From Tubiluchus corallicola (lineage: Eukaryota; Animalia; Priapulida), in contig JAQGDQ010000082.1 of NCBI GenBank assembly GCA_030141605.1, positions 62,001 through 126,000 of the forward strand: a stretch of DNA of 64,000 nt, given 5' to 3'. Under the pieces are notes generated by a model that had not been told where the DNA came from, did no database searches, and worked only from the letters and a program-made list of their open reading frames with translations. The position numbers and the translations under genes are program-made. This document shows, in pieces, positions 1-11,700 of the stretch (position 1 is its first letter; the number at the start of each line of letters is the position of its first letter).

Positions 1-1271
1 GCAAATAAACATGTAAGTGTTAAAAACAAGGTACTGATGTGTAAAATAACTAATAAATGAAGTTGGCCTAAAATTATAAAAACACAATCGCATTGTAAGC
101 ATTTAACATCAAGGAGGTATATCTAACATTGGATATGTTAAAAACGTCATTTACAATACAAGCTATACTATATTCTAAACGACGCAACTGGCTAAATACA
201 TTTCTCCTAGGGACCACTTTCAAATGCGGGATGTAATTTGGTCACATATAATAAACCGTGGATGTAGAAACGATAATAGAAAAATTTCGAGTAAAAATAT
301 TATAAGCAGCTTGAAGTTTACAGATGGTTGCCAGAAGCTTACCCAAAGTGAACTATCATAACGGTTAGTACAAAAAAGATATAAATAGAATGAATTTAAC
401 TTTGGTGAAACAAAACTAAAATTTACTTTGCAACACATTACAGCGAATATTATCTAAGTTGATTAGAAATATCAGTACCATCACGGTAATCAGACAGCAA
501 GTGGTGACCCATGTATTTTTCCTTAGTGCTAATTTCGACCATTTCGCCACAAGCAACACCTTACCCGGATTAACATCACGCATATTGTCAGGTAAAAGTA
601 CATACATTAGGTTTCCAAGCATTTTACACATATACCGTGAGGATATAGCTAACATAATTCAAATAATAAAATGTGATGTAATCTTTTACTCTCATAGATG
701 GCACCACATAATATCATTTGACTCGGCTTTATCAATGTTTACGTCATTCTATGATGTGGAGCAAAAATAGTCAAAAATTTAATATCTGACACCAAATTTT
801 AAAATTACGTTACCTTACGTTTTAAGGGAGCTAAAAAACCAATTAAAATTGTTTAGTTGTAATTGGTTATGATTAGTGTTCTTTTAGTATGTTAGTGTAA
901 CCGTACTATGTAAACAGCATCATTCATAAATTATAAATAAAATAAACTATAGGTAGTTTATTTCATTTATAATTAATCAAAAGGCAGATTGATGGTACCT
1001 TAGCTAGTACAGCTTATTGAGGCTATTAACCTTTTTTCATGTCTAGATTTGAAATCAATACATTATTTTGTATAGTAAATTTTCTGAAATTTCTGTTAGA
1101 TTGGATATAGTGACAATAATTTAGCTCTTGTATTACAAATGCGAATTTTTTTATCGTTTATGAAACTACGTACTTTCAAATTATACTTATAAGCGTTACA
1201 TTAATTATTATTTAGTTGTATTAGTAGTTATTAATGCAAACAAAACCGCTGAAGCACTGTTTTTTGCCTAC

Positions 1272-1537
1272 CTAGAGTGACTCCCCATCCCGTTACGTAG
1301 CAACCGTGATTTTCGGTCAATTCTTGGTTCTGCTGAGGTAAACAGACTGTAGTGATGTAGTCGTCTGGAGTAAAGGGGTAAGTCAGCCACACCAAAGCGA
1401 TGTCATTATCAAATGTGGCAGAATTAAACTCAGGATGTATGACGACGCGTTCCACGTATCTTACCACTTCCGTGTCATCGTCCAGGTCCTTCCTGTGCTT
1501 GCCTCCATGGGCTGACCACATGCTCGGGTCACTATAC
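1272..1537 (-). CDS. Exon 5 of 5 visible: trypsin-like domain, catalytic Asp region
   Basis: Acceptor tttcag|G at 1537 and donor G|gtaggc at 1272; reads YSDPSMW...VERVVIHPEFNSATFDNDIALVWL...YITTVCLP...CYVTGWGVTL; 266 nt, phase-compatible with the previous exon. The gene continues left of the window. Confidence 0.95.
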
Positions 1538-2798
1538 CTGAAATTTTTATAGAGAATAATTAAGTTATCAAAAAGTCCAAGCATGTACACAGACAGCAAC
1601 TCGCAGTCTGTGCATAGCTTACTAACATTCTAGTCTTTCTGTTCTGCATTGGTCGTACAGAAGCATACAATTGACTCCTTCGGGACCGCACCGTTCAAAA
1701 TAGGTGATATATGATTTTTCTGCTACTGCATGAGCGCAGACATAATTAAATGATCACAAATTAGGTACTGTTCTATTCGGGAGAATTTCGGCAATCCAAT
1801 CATGCTATGTGTTTAAACATTTATAAGTGATTTAATTGCAAAAGAATAAGGAAAACACGCCCTTTTCAGGCATTCTAACTTAGACTATTGAGTAGCTTAG
1901 TCTGGTGTACACTTGCGTGGTCATACACACTATTTTATCGACTGCCTGCTTGCTACAGCTCAAGAGAACCGTCTGCTGTGCAGAGTTCCAGGAAAAGCCG
2001 ACCGATCAGCCAGTGAGAAATTAAGGTAGCTTCGTTCTTAGAAGGAATTTCTACTTAAAAATAGAGTGGACTTGAGGCGAAAGTACACGAGAGTGTTGCG
2101 TCTGGATAACTGAAAATTTCTGCTTTAGCTGAATTCACACAAGTGATGATACTGTACATTGTTACAGTGCAGACACTGCAGTAACTGAAAACGTTTTTCA
2201 ATTTTTTCGTGAATAATCGATTTTTAATTTGTCTTTGGTAAGCAAATGCATTTCATATATAATTCTGCATGAAAGTCCGTTGTGTGAGGAGTAGAAACTG
2301 CAAAAATTAACAAATATAACGTAATCGCTGCTCAGTGAGGGCGGTCTTTCATGAACCTATGCAAAATGTAGCAAAGTCTTATGGTCCTGAAGGAGTTTTA
2401 ATGTCATGCCAGACAGCTATAGTAACGTCAAACCAATTTCCAGAATCCGAACATGATTATATAGTAAATAAACATATCTGTTTATATGATTCTAAATTAT
2501 TCTTATTAGATTATACCAGCTATCTGCAAGTGTATTTTATTAATTGTGCAATCTGAGGCAGTGCCATCTGTTGACAGGAAACTGAATGCGATGCTGCAAG
2601 ACGCCACTTAATGTAAACAGACACCGTTATGGATTTATGTATATTCGTAATGAAATTCGAATTAATCATCTTTTCTTTGCATTTGTGACAACCTTAGTTT
2701 CATGGTTATGAAAAGTCGAATAATTGTCTGCTCTGTAAGAAAGCTTGTGCACCTACATAAAATGTCCAGGTCACTTAGTAAAGAAATGATTGACCTAC

Positions 2799-3021
2799 GT
2801 ATTGAAGCACTGAGCTGCCGTCAAAACCACATTAGTTTTAATCAGTATCCCCCCGCAGTAATGCTGTCTTTTACTGGATCCTTCTCTCTTCACTCTCATG
2901 TCTACCATCCATGGCCAACTTCCGGGAACAGCTTCCACACCACCAACTATCCTGGTATTCCCTGGTTTATTTGGAATAACCTGGATGCCACATTCCAAAT
3001 CCACATCGGGAACAACCGAAC
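2799..3021 (-). CDS. Exon 4: linker, activation site and N-terminal part of trypsin-like domain (His57 replaced by Gln)
   Basis: Acceptor cgacag|GT and donor AC|gtaggt; reads [13 protein letters not shown]...[19 protein letters not shown]...[21 protein letters not shown]; 223 nt. Confidence 0.95.
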
Positions 3022-3174
3022 CTGTCGAGTGCAATTTGTAAAATTAGACATTAATAAGGGTGATGGCGGCAACAGTTGTAATGATAAATTTGGTCAATTT
3101 GGCGTAATAAGTTAGCAGAAAATTGACCAATTGATAATATCACTGTCATCGTTATTGTTATTTTCACATTTGCT

Positions 3175-3263
3175 GTGGTCATTATCGTCATCATCATCAT
3201 CACCATCGTCGTCGTCGTCGTCGTCATCGTCATCATCGTCGTCGTCATCATCGTCATCATCAT
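3175..3263 (+). repeat. (CAT)n/(CGT)n trinucleotide microsatellite
   Basis: Directly visible. Confidence 0.9.
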
Positions 3264-3397
3264 CTTTATTATCTAGCTTAAAACATAAAACAATTTATTT
3301 TAGAACGTAAAACAATTCAGACTGAAAAGACTGAAAGACCCGAATTTAGTATCAGTCAAGTCACGAAGCAGTGTATAATACTTTTTATTACATTTAG

Positions 3398-3900
3398 ATG
3401 AAAGTGTATAGAAGGTGCAAGTACACAAAAAATAATCCGTATAATCAATCACTGAAAACTGAGCCAGGTTTCACAATCATAATGAAGCGTATTATTAATG
3501 TTGGACTAAAAAGAGAAACCCTGAAGTACGCAGCCCAAGAATTGAAAATGCTTAAAATGCTTAAGAACGGTGGTTATAAACTTCTTATATCCGTTACTTC
3601 TCCATTGGTAACTCAGGATTATTATAGTAGTAAAATTCTTAGTTCCATTACAAAGCTTCCTCTAGCAGGGATTACCGGATTTTTTTGTAAACCTGTTACA
3701 TGTCTAAGTAAATTCAATGGCGATCCAGGACATTATATTCAAAATTTTGATAAACTATATCTAAAGAAAAGCATTAGAATTACATCATACGTTAGAAACC
3801 TTACCCTATTAATTAAATTACCAGATAAGCTCAATTTTCTAAATTTCGTTTTATAAAACACCCAGTAACAAATTTTGATGCTAAATTTGTCATTTCAAAA
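3398..3900 (+). mobile_element. Decayed Penelope-like retroelement fragment (RT C-terminus/linker), antisense in intron
   Basis: 152-aa ORF with ordered motifs VYRR..YNQS..R...QELKMLKMLKNGGY..LP..KKSIRI...NLTLLIKLPDKL resembling the PLE pattern VYRK..S.HP..RA..E...L..NGYP..LPY..N.L..L...KDK; FYKTPSNKF*C*IC follows in another frame. By-eye similarity only. Confidence 0.45.
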
Positions 3901-4517
3901 TCACTACTTTTTAGCAGCAAAAGAAATTTTTGATTCACAGACAGGTTGATAAAAATAGGGAAAAATTTTGCAATGACACTGAATAAATTTGTCCTTATTC
4001 CATTGTAATTTTTACATTGACGCACAAAATATATTTCCTCCTCAGTTTTTTATTCATTTAAATGTTTACACATTCGATTTATATTGCACTGCTATGTATA
4101 TGTTACAGGCAAAGTGTAAAATTTAGACATTTTATAAAATTCATAGGCATTTCATATAATGTCTATGCATTACAGGAAAAGTGTGAAATAAATCTTTTTG
4201 CTGCGGACTCCTTCACACTTCGACTAAACGTTTTGTGTAATAGCTAGGATTTATACTAAAATGCGCAGAGTGACTTTGGCAGTGTGTAAAATAAACGTAA
4301 TTTATGTTGCACTGAATTTTTCCTAGCTATTTTATACATTACCTAGGTATTGTATGGACTGCATAAAAGGATAATGTACGAAACTAATGAAGCAGTTCAA
4401 GTAAACCAGTGAGTTTATTGTTTTATTGGCAATGGGTGCAGTATCACCAACTCTGACATGCTGGTCAAACACGTGTATCACTTTTCATATCTAGGTAGCC
4501 TGGGGGTCGGATTCATT

Positions 4518-4612
4518 CTGTCAGTCTGTCTGTCAGTCAGTTAGTCAGCCTTCTGTCTGTCTGTCTGTCTGCCTGTCTGTCTGGCTGTATGCCTGTCTGT
4601 CTATCTATCTAT
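4518..4612 (+). repeat. (TCTG)n/(TCTA)n microsatellite
   Basis: Directly visible. Confidence 0.9.
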
Positions 4613-4893
4613 ATATAATTAACCGAACTAACTAACCAACATAATTGGCATTATACAAAATGCTTGGGAAAATTATATCAGAACAATGGGATATTTGTTT
4701 TATTTTTAGATTAACTAAAATTTATTCAGTATTCTGGAAAATGCCTAGGAAACGTCGTTGTTCAGAATCTAAGCATTACACGCTTTGCCTAGACAAACTT
4801 TTGCGAACTATTTTAGACACTTTACCTGGTTTGTTTTGGCACGCCATAGAATACCTAGCTATTCTATCGAATACCCGGTTTCAAACTGCCTTA

Positions 4894-5118
4894 AGTGGCG
4901 TTAATGCAGCTTGCGGATGCTGACGCGTTTTCCAACTGCGAAAATGCGGAATAGCTTGCGGAAAAAAATCAATAGGAAATTGTACAGAAATGGAATGACG
5001 CTAACGCAGACTGCGTATAGTGTGCATTGAAAACAATATAAACAGATTTTTATCTATTCCGCACCCCGCCCCAGAAAAAGAAACGCATACTCAACCGGAT
5101 GCTACATTAATCGCCACT
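4894..5118. mobile_element. PIF/Harbinger (Tourist-like) MITE, 225 bp
   Basis: Imperfect ~37-bp TIRs AGTGGCGTTAATGCAGCTTGCGG... and ...CCGGATGCTACATTAATCGCCACT; TTA direct repeat on both sides (4891-4893, 5119-5121). Confidence 0.8.
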
Positions 5119-5335
5119 TTAGCCTATACTAAAGTTACTTTCGTTCAGAAACTTGTTCTCTCTGCTAATTAATAATTAACGATTTCCAGTAAAAGCTGGT
5201 ATTAACAGCAAAATAATCCTTCAGCATTCATTCAACGTGACGTTTCGGTGAAGTGAGGCGAAGTGTATTACTTTTAGTATTATTTTTGTATAATTTTATT
5301 GCAGATAATTGTCATATCTTGTTTCATTTTCTTAC

Positions 5336-5485
5336 AGTGAGCCTCGTCTGAAGCGTCCCCGCAGTCGTCATTACGGTCGCACTCTTCGTCAGCATCGATA
5401 CATTTACCGTTTTCACAAGTAAATTCTTCGTCAGTGCAAGGCACAGTTTCATCAGCCACTGTTGCTATCAGCTCGAATCCAGCAC
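5336..5485 (-). CDS. Exon 3: end of CUB domain plus LDL-receptor class A repeat
   Basis: Not in the ORF track. Acceptor tttaag|GT, donor T|gtaaga; reads (G)[49 protein letters not shown](C); the sixth Cys codon is completed by splicing (T+GT). Confidence 0.93.
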
Positions 5486-6104
5486 CTTAAACGAGGGAAT
5501 TAATCATTTCTTTATTGCAGCATAGTCATAGTTGTCATTATCTTAATCAATGTTATCATTATAAGCCTTGTTATTAACCTGTTAGGAAAAAGGCAGGTGG
5601 GCTCGTATCCCCAGGGATATGTGAGTGCGCCCATGTGATGAAATCAGTGTTCTAAGCAAAAAGCACGTTTTTGTGCTGCCCATTTTCAGCGTGTGTGTGT
5701 GTGTGTTAGAACGACATGTAGCACCAGCCATATTTTAGCATTTTCATCTTTAAGGCAACTGTGTGAAAAGCTGAGATTAATGCGTTATGCCTATTCATTA
5801 GCGATCGTTTTTCAGTTATTAATGGAAAACGGTAATGAATAGTAACTTATCAAAATAATTAATTAAGCTTTGATCATGATATTAGTTTATGCGAAGTGTA
5901 GACAATTATTTATTATTTATTATCCGAGTGTGGACACTGTCATCCGGATTTCCTTTTTTGGTTTTATCTTGTAATTTTAATAATAGCCAATAAATTTAAA
6001 ATAAATAAATAATGTCACCCTGACCACTGTCACCGTGAACACCTCTATCACTCTTTCCCTTCCTAATTTTCTCGACGCCCTTGTCTCACTCTTTCCTCCC
6101 TCAC

Positions 6105-6106
<2 letters not shown>

Positions 6107-6160
<54 letters not shown>
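6107..6160 (+). repeat. (CT)n microsatellite
   Basis: Directly visible. Confidence 0.95.
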
Positions 6161-6163
<3 letters not shown>

Positions 6164-6364
6164 CCTTTCCCTATGTGACTTCTTGTGTAATAATAAGTTG
6201 TCTATTAATATTTTAATCATCACTTCTATTTCATTAACACCTTCTTCTATTTTACCTTTCCTCTTTTTCTACCTTCTTTTCATTATCTACATACAATGGC
6301 CACCGTCATATCACCACCACCCCCACAACGTCAGCAGAACTTGTACCAATCAGTTCCAACGTAC

Positions 6365-6581
6365 CTTTTCTGTCGTCTACTTTGTAAATGCTACTGTAAA
6401 ACAAAATTGTAGCAACATTCTGGGTTGTTTCTATGTCAGGATAACCAGGATATTCCCAGTAACCACAGAGTTTGGCAATAACGTCACTTGCAATGTTGTC
6501 ACCATCATAGATGGTCAGATAGTCCAATCCGCAGCGATCTGACTGCATGATATCCACAGTACTGAATGAAATTCGCACTAC
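6365..6581 (-). CDS. Exon 2: core of CUB domain
   Basis: Acceptor tggcag|GTA, donor G|gtacgt; reads VVRISFSTVDIMQSDRCGLDYLTIYDGDNIASDVIAKLCGYW...ETTQNVATILFYS...DDRK; C..DYL.IYDG and LCG are CUB hallmarks; 217 nt. Confidence 0.93.
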
Positions 6582-6638
6582 CTGCCAGAGAAAACATCCA
6601 ACATGTTTACTGAGATGTGTATACATAAAAGACCAATA

Positions 6639-6784
6639 CACGCACGCACGCACGCACGCACTCACTCACTCACTCACACACGCACACACACACACACGCA
6701 CGCACGCACGCACGCATATATACATACGTACATATGATGTACTGGCGGCAAATTAAGATAGATAGATATATAGACAGATAGATA
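6639..6784 (+). repeat. Compound (GCAC)/(CACT)/(CA)/(TACA)/(GATA) microsatellite
   Basis: Directly visible. Confidence 0.85.
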
Positions 6785-7831
6785 GGCTGTCCAAAATTTC
6801 CGCGAGTACATAGTAATTAGTTCTGAAACAAACAGCTATATGTCATCTGTTATTAAAAGGTCATGATAACGCGTTTGAAGAGGGAATAAACAAAAAAAAC
6901 ATTTCTCAAAAATGTAAAACGTCAGTAGGAAGACTACAGCGACGGCGCGAATATCAAGCCACATCCTTCTAGGATGGGCTACTGAACTCGCAGAAGTGAC
7001 TCAGTCAGTTTTTGGTGTATAGAATATATAACTTCCGTCCACTAGAAAACAACCAGGGTTTATACGAATAACACCACCCAGAGAGAACGCAGTCGGGTTA
7101 AACGTAATGCTGTTCAGTGTTCACGGTCCCCATGACGCCGTTTTGATTTACTTTGTATAAAATTAAATTATTTTTAATTTGTAGAAAATTTATCGGCATA
7201 ATTGCTTTCGTTCAAGAAACTTGACATCGTGTCAGAAACTATACAGCTATTAACAGAATAGCCACAGAAAAAAAAACGTGGATACTACAAAGCTAACTGA
7301 AAGAGTTTCACAAAGCGCAGTTTTATTGGCGTGGTGCCAAATTTCTATGTTACGTTGCCTTTAAATTTTAGCTGTGTTATATCATGTGCCAAATGAAATT
7401 CTGAGGCTAGAAAAATATTTCGACACGTTGAATTTACGTTGAAGTAAATTTTATTTGACTGAATGCCTATAAAACAAAACACCACACATACGATATTTAC
7501 AACAAATAAACTACATCCAATAATCAGTTAATCACACAATATGTAAATAACACATTATTCCAACGAATACACATGTATTAATAAAAGAAGCAGTCGTTAT
7601 TGATAATGCTGCCAGCACGAATGATCATGTTGTGTCGTTTCGTATCACAATGTGTCGTATCGTATTGCACCCTATTGTATCGTATCGTATCACACCGTAT
7701 CGTATGGTACCGCATCTTATCATACAGAATAGATTCCGCTTTGTATCATTATTATCGATTACCAACACTACAGAGGTATTCGACACTAATCGATAAACTT
7801 AGTCAGCAAGTAATTATTATTATTATCATAC

Positions 7832-7992
7832 CTTTCCTTCAGGTGCAAACACTCTCCAGTTGCACAGGGCATCGGTCGGATATTGGTCCGCCTCGTCGTA
7901 GAACGGCGACGTGATTCTCTGAGACTCTTCAATGTGGTAGTCCAATGTGGTCAAGTTACAACCAGGATAATCAAGTGGATTTAGTTCATCGT
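7832..7992 (-). CDS. Exon 1 of 5 visible: N-terminal part of CUB domain
   Basis: Not in the ORF track. Acceptor tctcag|AC, donor AAG|gtatga; reads DELNPLDYPGCNLTTLDYHIEESQRITSPFYDEADQYPTDALCNWRVFAPEGK (CUB ITSP..YP....C.W pattern); needs an upstream phase-1 exon. Confidence 0.92.
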
Positions 7993-9514
7993 CTGAGAAA
8001 CAAATGCATTTTGAAAACCAATTGGGCCACCAGTAGGGGACATGGTTGCAATAACTTCAAGTAAAATTGAGTTTGGCCCTGAAATATGATATCACTACCC
8101 GTGTATGGTTGCAAACTTGTCGCTATGAATTTGACACTACAACATTATGGCCTATTATTTATTATTATTAATATTCTTTATTGGCAAATGTTGCATACAA
8201 CGTAAACATAAAATTAAAATCATATTTACAATAAAACTTGTATGTGACCAGTTTAGAAAAAACTGATAAAAGCAATAGCGTCACGCACTTAAACCTAAAT
8301 TAAAACTATATACAAATGATTTGGAAAAATTACAAAATGCACACATTATAATACACAATGCAAAAACATTAAGAATTAAATTAAAAATATACATGATTTC
8401 CAAATAGCAAAGAAATTTACAAAATGTACAAACTACACAACAGATTCACATTGAAAAATCCTATCACAAACCTCAGCAGTACTTGCACTCTACGCTTCAT
8501 AATATTATCATTTCCGTGCTGCATCGCACAAATCACTTCAGTGCTGTACTATAGTGAAAATACAACTTTTTTAACACGGGCCTTTGACTTACTAACTGAC
8601 CTGCAATGTAAAAATTTCCAGGGGAGCCCATACCTGTAAAATCTCGGTCGTCTTTTTGTATCATTTTGAAAGTAAAAAAACATACAACTTTTTTGACAAA
8701 GTGTGACCTTAGACCTCTGGGAAAATCATTTAACCATAAAAAATCTTGTAGGTTACAGCATCGAACATGGGTAGATCAATATTTACTACAAAGATGAACA
8801 AAGAAGTTAATTCGAACCTCAAATGTTCGCTTGCGTCAGTTCATAAAGAAAAAAACTCTGTTTTCAGATTATCTAATTGTTATAGCCTTTTGTACGTTTT
8901 CCAACATTTCCAAATTTAATACTTGTTTTATATTAACTACGAATCTTCATTTACGTGCCGTGACGTGATATAATATTATAATTTATACACAGGCACCAAT
9001 TTACTTAATCTGGGATTCTCAAAATCAACCATTCAGCTTCAATATGTGCACATGTACTGCGCCGTGGAATTGTCAAAACGTGCAGAACTTTAACTTATAA
9101 TGACAAGGAAATAAAATGCTCTCGAATAAAATTTTATTTTATGGTAAACACGCAAGTCTATAACGGCTGCATAATAAATTAAGTGGACTAACTGACTTGT
9201 ATCCAAGTTAAAACTATTAGTTAAAGGTTGTACTCCGAAATGTTTGTTTTGTGATTGTTTTATCTGTGAAATATGGAAATATATATGTGCATACAACATA
9301 GTACAGCAAACATAGAAAATAGGACTAACCCATAAAACATACAGTGTTTAAGATAAAATTGTCAGTGAGACACATTGTACACAGACCAAATGATTATTAT
9401 AAATTCATTAGCTGTAAATTTGTAATTTATCACAATTTGTGCTAATCCATGTTAAATAAGGATAAAATGGTAACTAGATGACACAGAACAGTTTATGCGT
9501 GTCTGTGCAGAGCC

Positions 9515-9590
9515 AGTATCTAAAATGGTTGAGCGTGAGACTTGAAATCGCAAGATTCTGTGTATAAGTCCTGGTCCGTTCGCAATTTTT
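9515..9590 (+). mobile_element. Degenerate tRNA-derived SINE head
   Basis: Box-A-like TCTAAAATGGTTGAGC and box-B-like GTATAAGTCC at tRNA spacing; no intact cloverleaf. Confidence 0.4.
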
Positions 9591-9719
9591 CAGCGCTTCC
9601 TTCTTCAATTAATTAACGGTTAAGCTAATTTTTGCAAGTAGAATATCATTGTGACTTGATGCCAGATGGTGTAGACTGTAGAGGGTATTAAGTCAACTCG
9701 GGAGACCAACCACTTACTG

Positions 9720-11700
9720 AATGTATTAAAGATTATATAAATGATATATAACTGGTATCGCTTTGTGTGTGTAATATATGTATCATAAGTGGCTTTGACT
9801 GGCTGAGTATTATTTGAATAGGAACTCAGACCTGCTCTGCCATTCTACAATAGTAGCCCAAATAACAGGCATCCGATCTAAAATCGTAAGATAGACCACT
9901 TTATTTTAAACGCTAAAGACAACTTCCAAGTGCGAGAAAATTTCCCGTGCAATTATTCCGATCATGACTTTGTAACAATAGTAGATAAAAAAGTACCACT
10001 CAAAAACAATACAGGTACAGTCTGGCCTACAATCAGAGATTTTACTGCATATAATAAAGACCCATTTCAAGATACGTAGAAATATTTACGCAATGAGTGA
10101 GATTGGTTTACAAATAGAAACGCTAATAAATAATGTAGAATACTCTCTCGATAACTATGCACCCTATAAAAAGTCAAAATATATCAGTAACAAGCTAATA
10201 CAAAATATGCTTGCCCGTGGACAGGTACAGAACTAGCAAGACTGAGACACAATAAAAATGAATTATATAGGACATGGTTACATTTAAAGTGTAGAAACAA
10301 TTATAATAACTGCAAAAAGGCACGAAAAAATTTAGTAACTACCAAAAATAGAAAACTCGAAAACAAAATATAATACTAATTAGTGCAAGAATACGCTTGG
10401 AAAATCTGGAATTTTGCCTCAACAACATAATGCAAATATACGCGGTATATTCAAAAATCAACCAGTAACACAATCCACTTCTCATTTACTAGCTTCACCG
10501 AATACGACATATTTAAAACATTAAACGATTTAAATATAAATAAAGGAAGTGGTCCCTTAGACATGGCAATAAAAATCTTGAAAAAGCTGTGCTAGTACCA
10601 TTACTACTCATTTGTCATGTGGGTAAACAAGTAAACATAACTCTAGTACACAAGAAAGATGAAGTTAAAAACTACAGACCCGTTCCAGTAGTGCTTGTAT
10701 TAGCCAGAATATTACAAAGAGTTATCTACAATCAAAGAAACTATTACATTGAATAATAATAATAATAAATTACTATCAAAACATCTGTTCAGATTTAGAA
10801 AACTACATTCTACTTGATTGCAGATAACTCACTGAAGCCATTGAAAAGCTTTTGGCAGCCTTGGTCATAATTTACTACTCGATAGCTCATGCCAATTAGG
10901 ATTCGATTCTACTTTGCTCAAACAAGTTAATAATTACCTACTAAGTAGAAAATAAAGAGTCAAGCTGAACAAACACACTTTCTCAATTGTGGGACACACC
11001 ACAGAGAGGCATCCCTCAAGGTACCATATTAGGTCCTTTACTCTTTTGTTCATATGTCAATAAAATTCATTTAGTTTTATATAACTCACGTTTAACACAA
11101 TACACAGAGGATACAACTATCTATATAGCACAAGAAAAATACCTAATATTGAAGAATAATTTAGAAAAAGACATAACAAATATAAATGCAGTATTTAAGT
11201 ATTTCGGTTTAAAAATGAATGATGAAAAGTAGAATTTACGATAATATCACCCAAAACAAATGACATTATATCCGCTGACACAACACTAAAAATAGGTTAC
11301 GACAAGCCAGAGGCTATTTAGCCAAGAAAACAAAAATCCTCGCGTCGTTTACAAACGTCTTATGCTATCACATTATTTGTATGGCTGCACTTTAATTCAA
11401 AACGTTAGAAAAGAAATTTTTACAAAACTAAATACAATGCAAAATTACGCATTTGCGATGCAAAAATCTACCTATCTATCTATCTATCTGTTCAGAAATA
11501 CAAAAATATGGCGGCTAGATGCAATTAATACAGTGTATCAACCACATCAAGTAGATGAAAAGCACATGATGACCAATATCATTATATTCAAAATCTATTT
11601 AACATACATACCGTTAAAAAGTACATGTAATCCAACTTTGTCAAACTTTTTTATCTGCAGCGTCCCACAGTGGACATACGTTAAACATATAAAAAACACC
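9720..11700 (+). mobile_element. Decayed non-LTR retrotransposon (CR1/L2-like ORF2: AP endonuclease end plus RT)
   Basis: Ordered motifs across frameshifts and stops: IDHFI, SDHDFV, RDFTAYN, LDNYAPYK, PW, KGSGP, NYRPV, LFRFRKLHST, GIPQGTILGPLLF, QYTEDTTIY (YADD-derived), GLKMN. Confidence 0.9.

Noticed and set aside
416-655. Minus-strand ORF as the next protease exon (contains PDNM)
   Set aside because: No LQQ, MICAG or GDSGGP motifs; the remaining exons must lie left of the window.
2702-3115. Plus-strand ORFs over exons (also 6081-6542 and 7600-7914)
   Set aside because: Antisense shadows of real exons or microsatellite read-through.
8634-8716. Phase-compatible upstream exon candidate (MIQKDDRDFT)
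   Set aside because: No signal or TM character, and it lies in sequence resembling a DNA-transposon interior (TGACCTT, TATCATTTTGAAAG).
9515-9590. Intact tRNA genes (also 44797, 49598, 61240)
   Set aside because: Acceptor and T stems do not pair; SINE heads at best.
9718-9831. Open 114-nt phase 1-1 minus-strand exon candidate with GTAAGT donor
   Set aside because: Purine-rich acceptor, and it is antisense to the LINE endonuclease remnant, which can explain the open frame.
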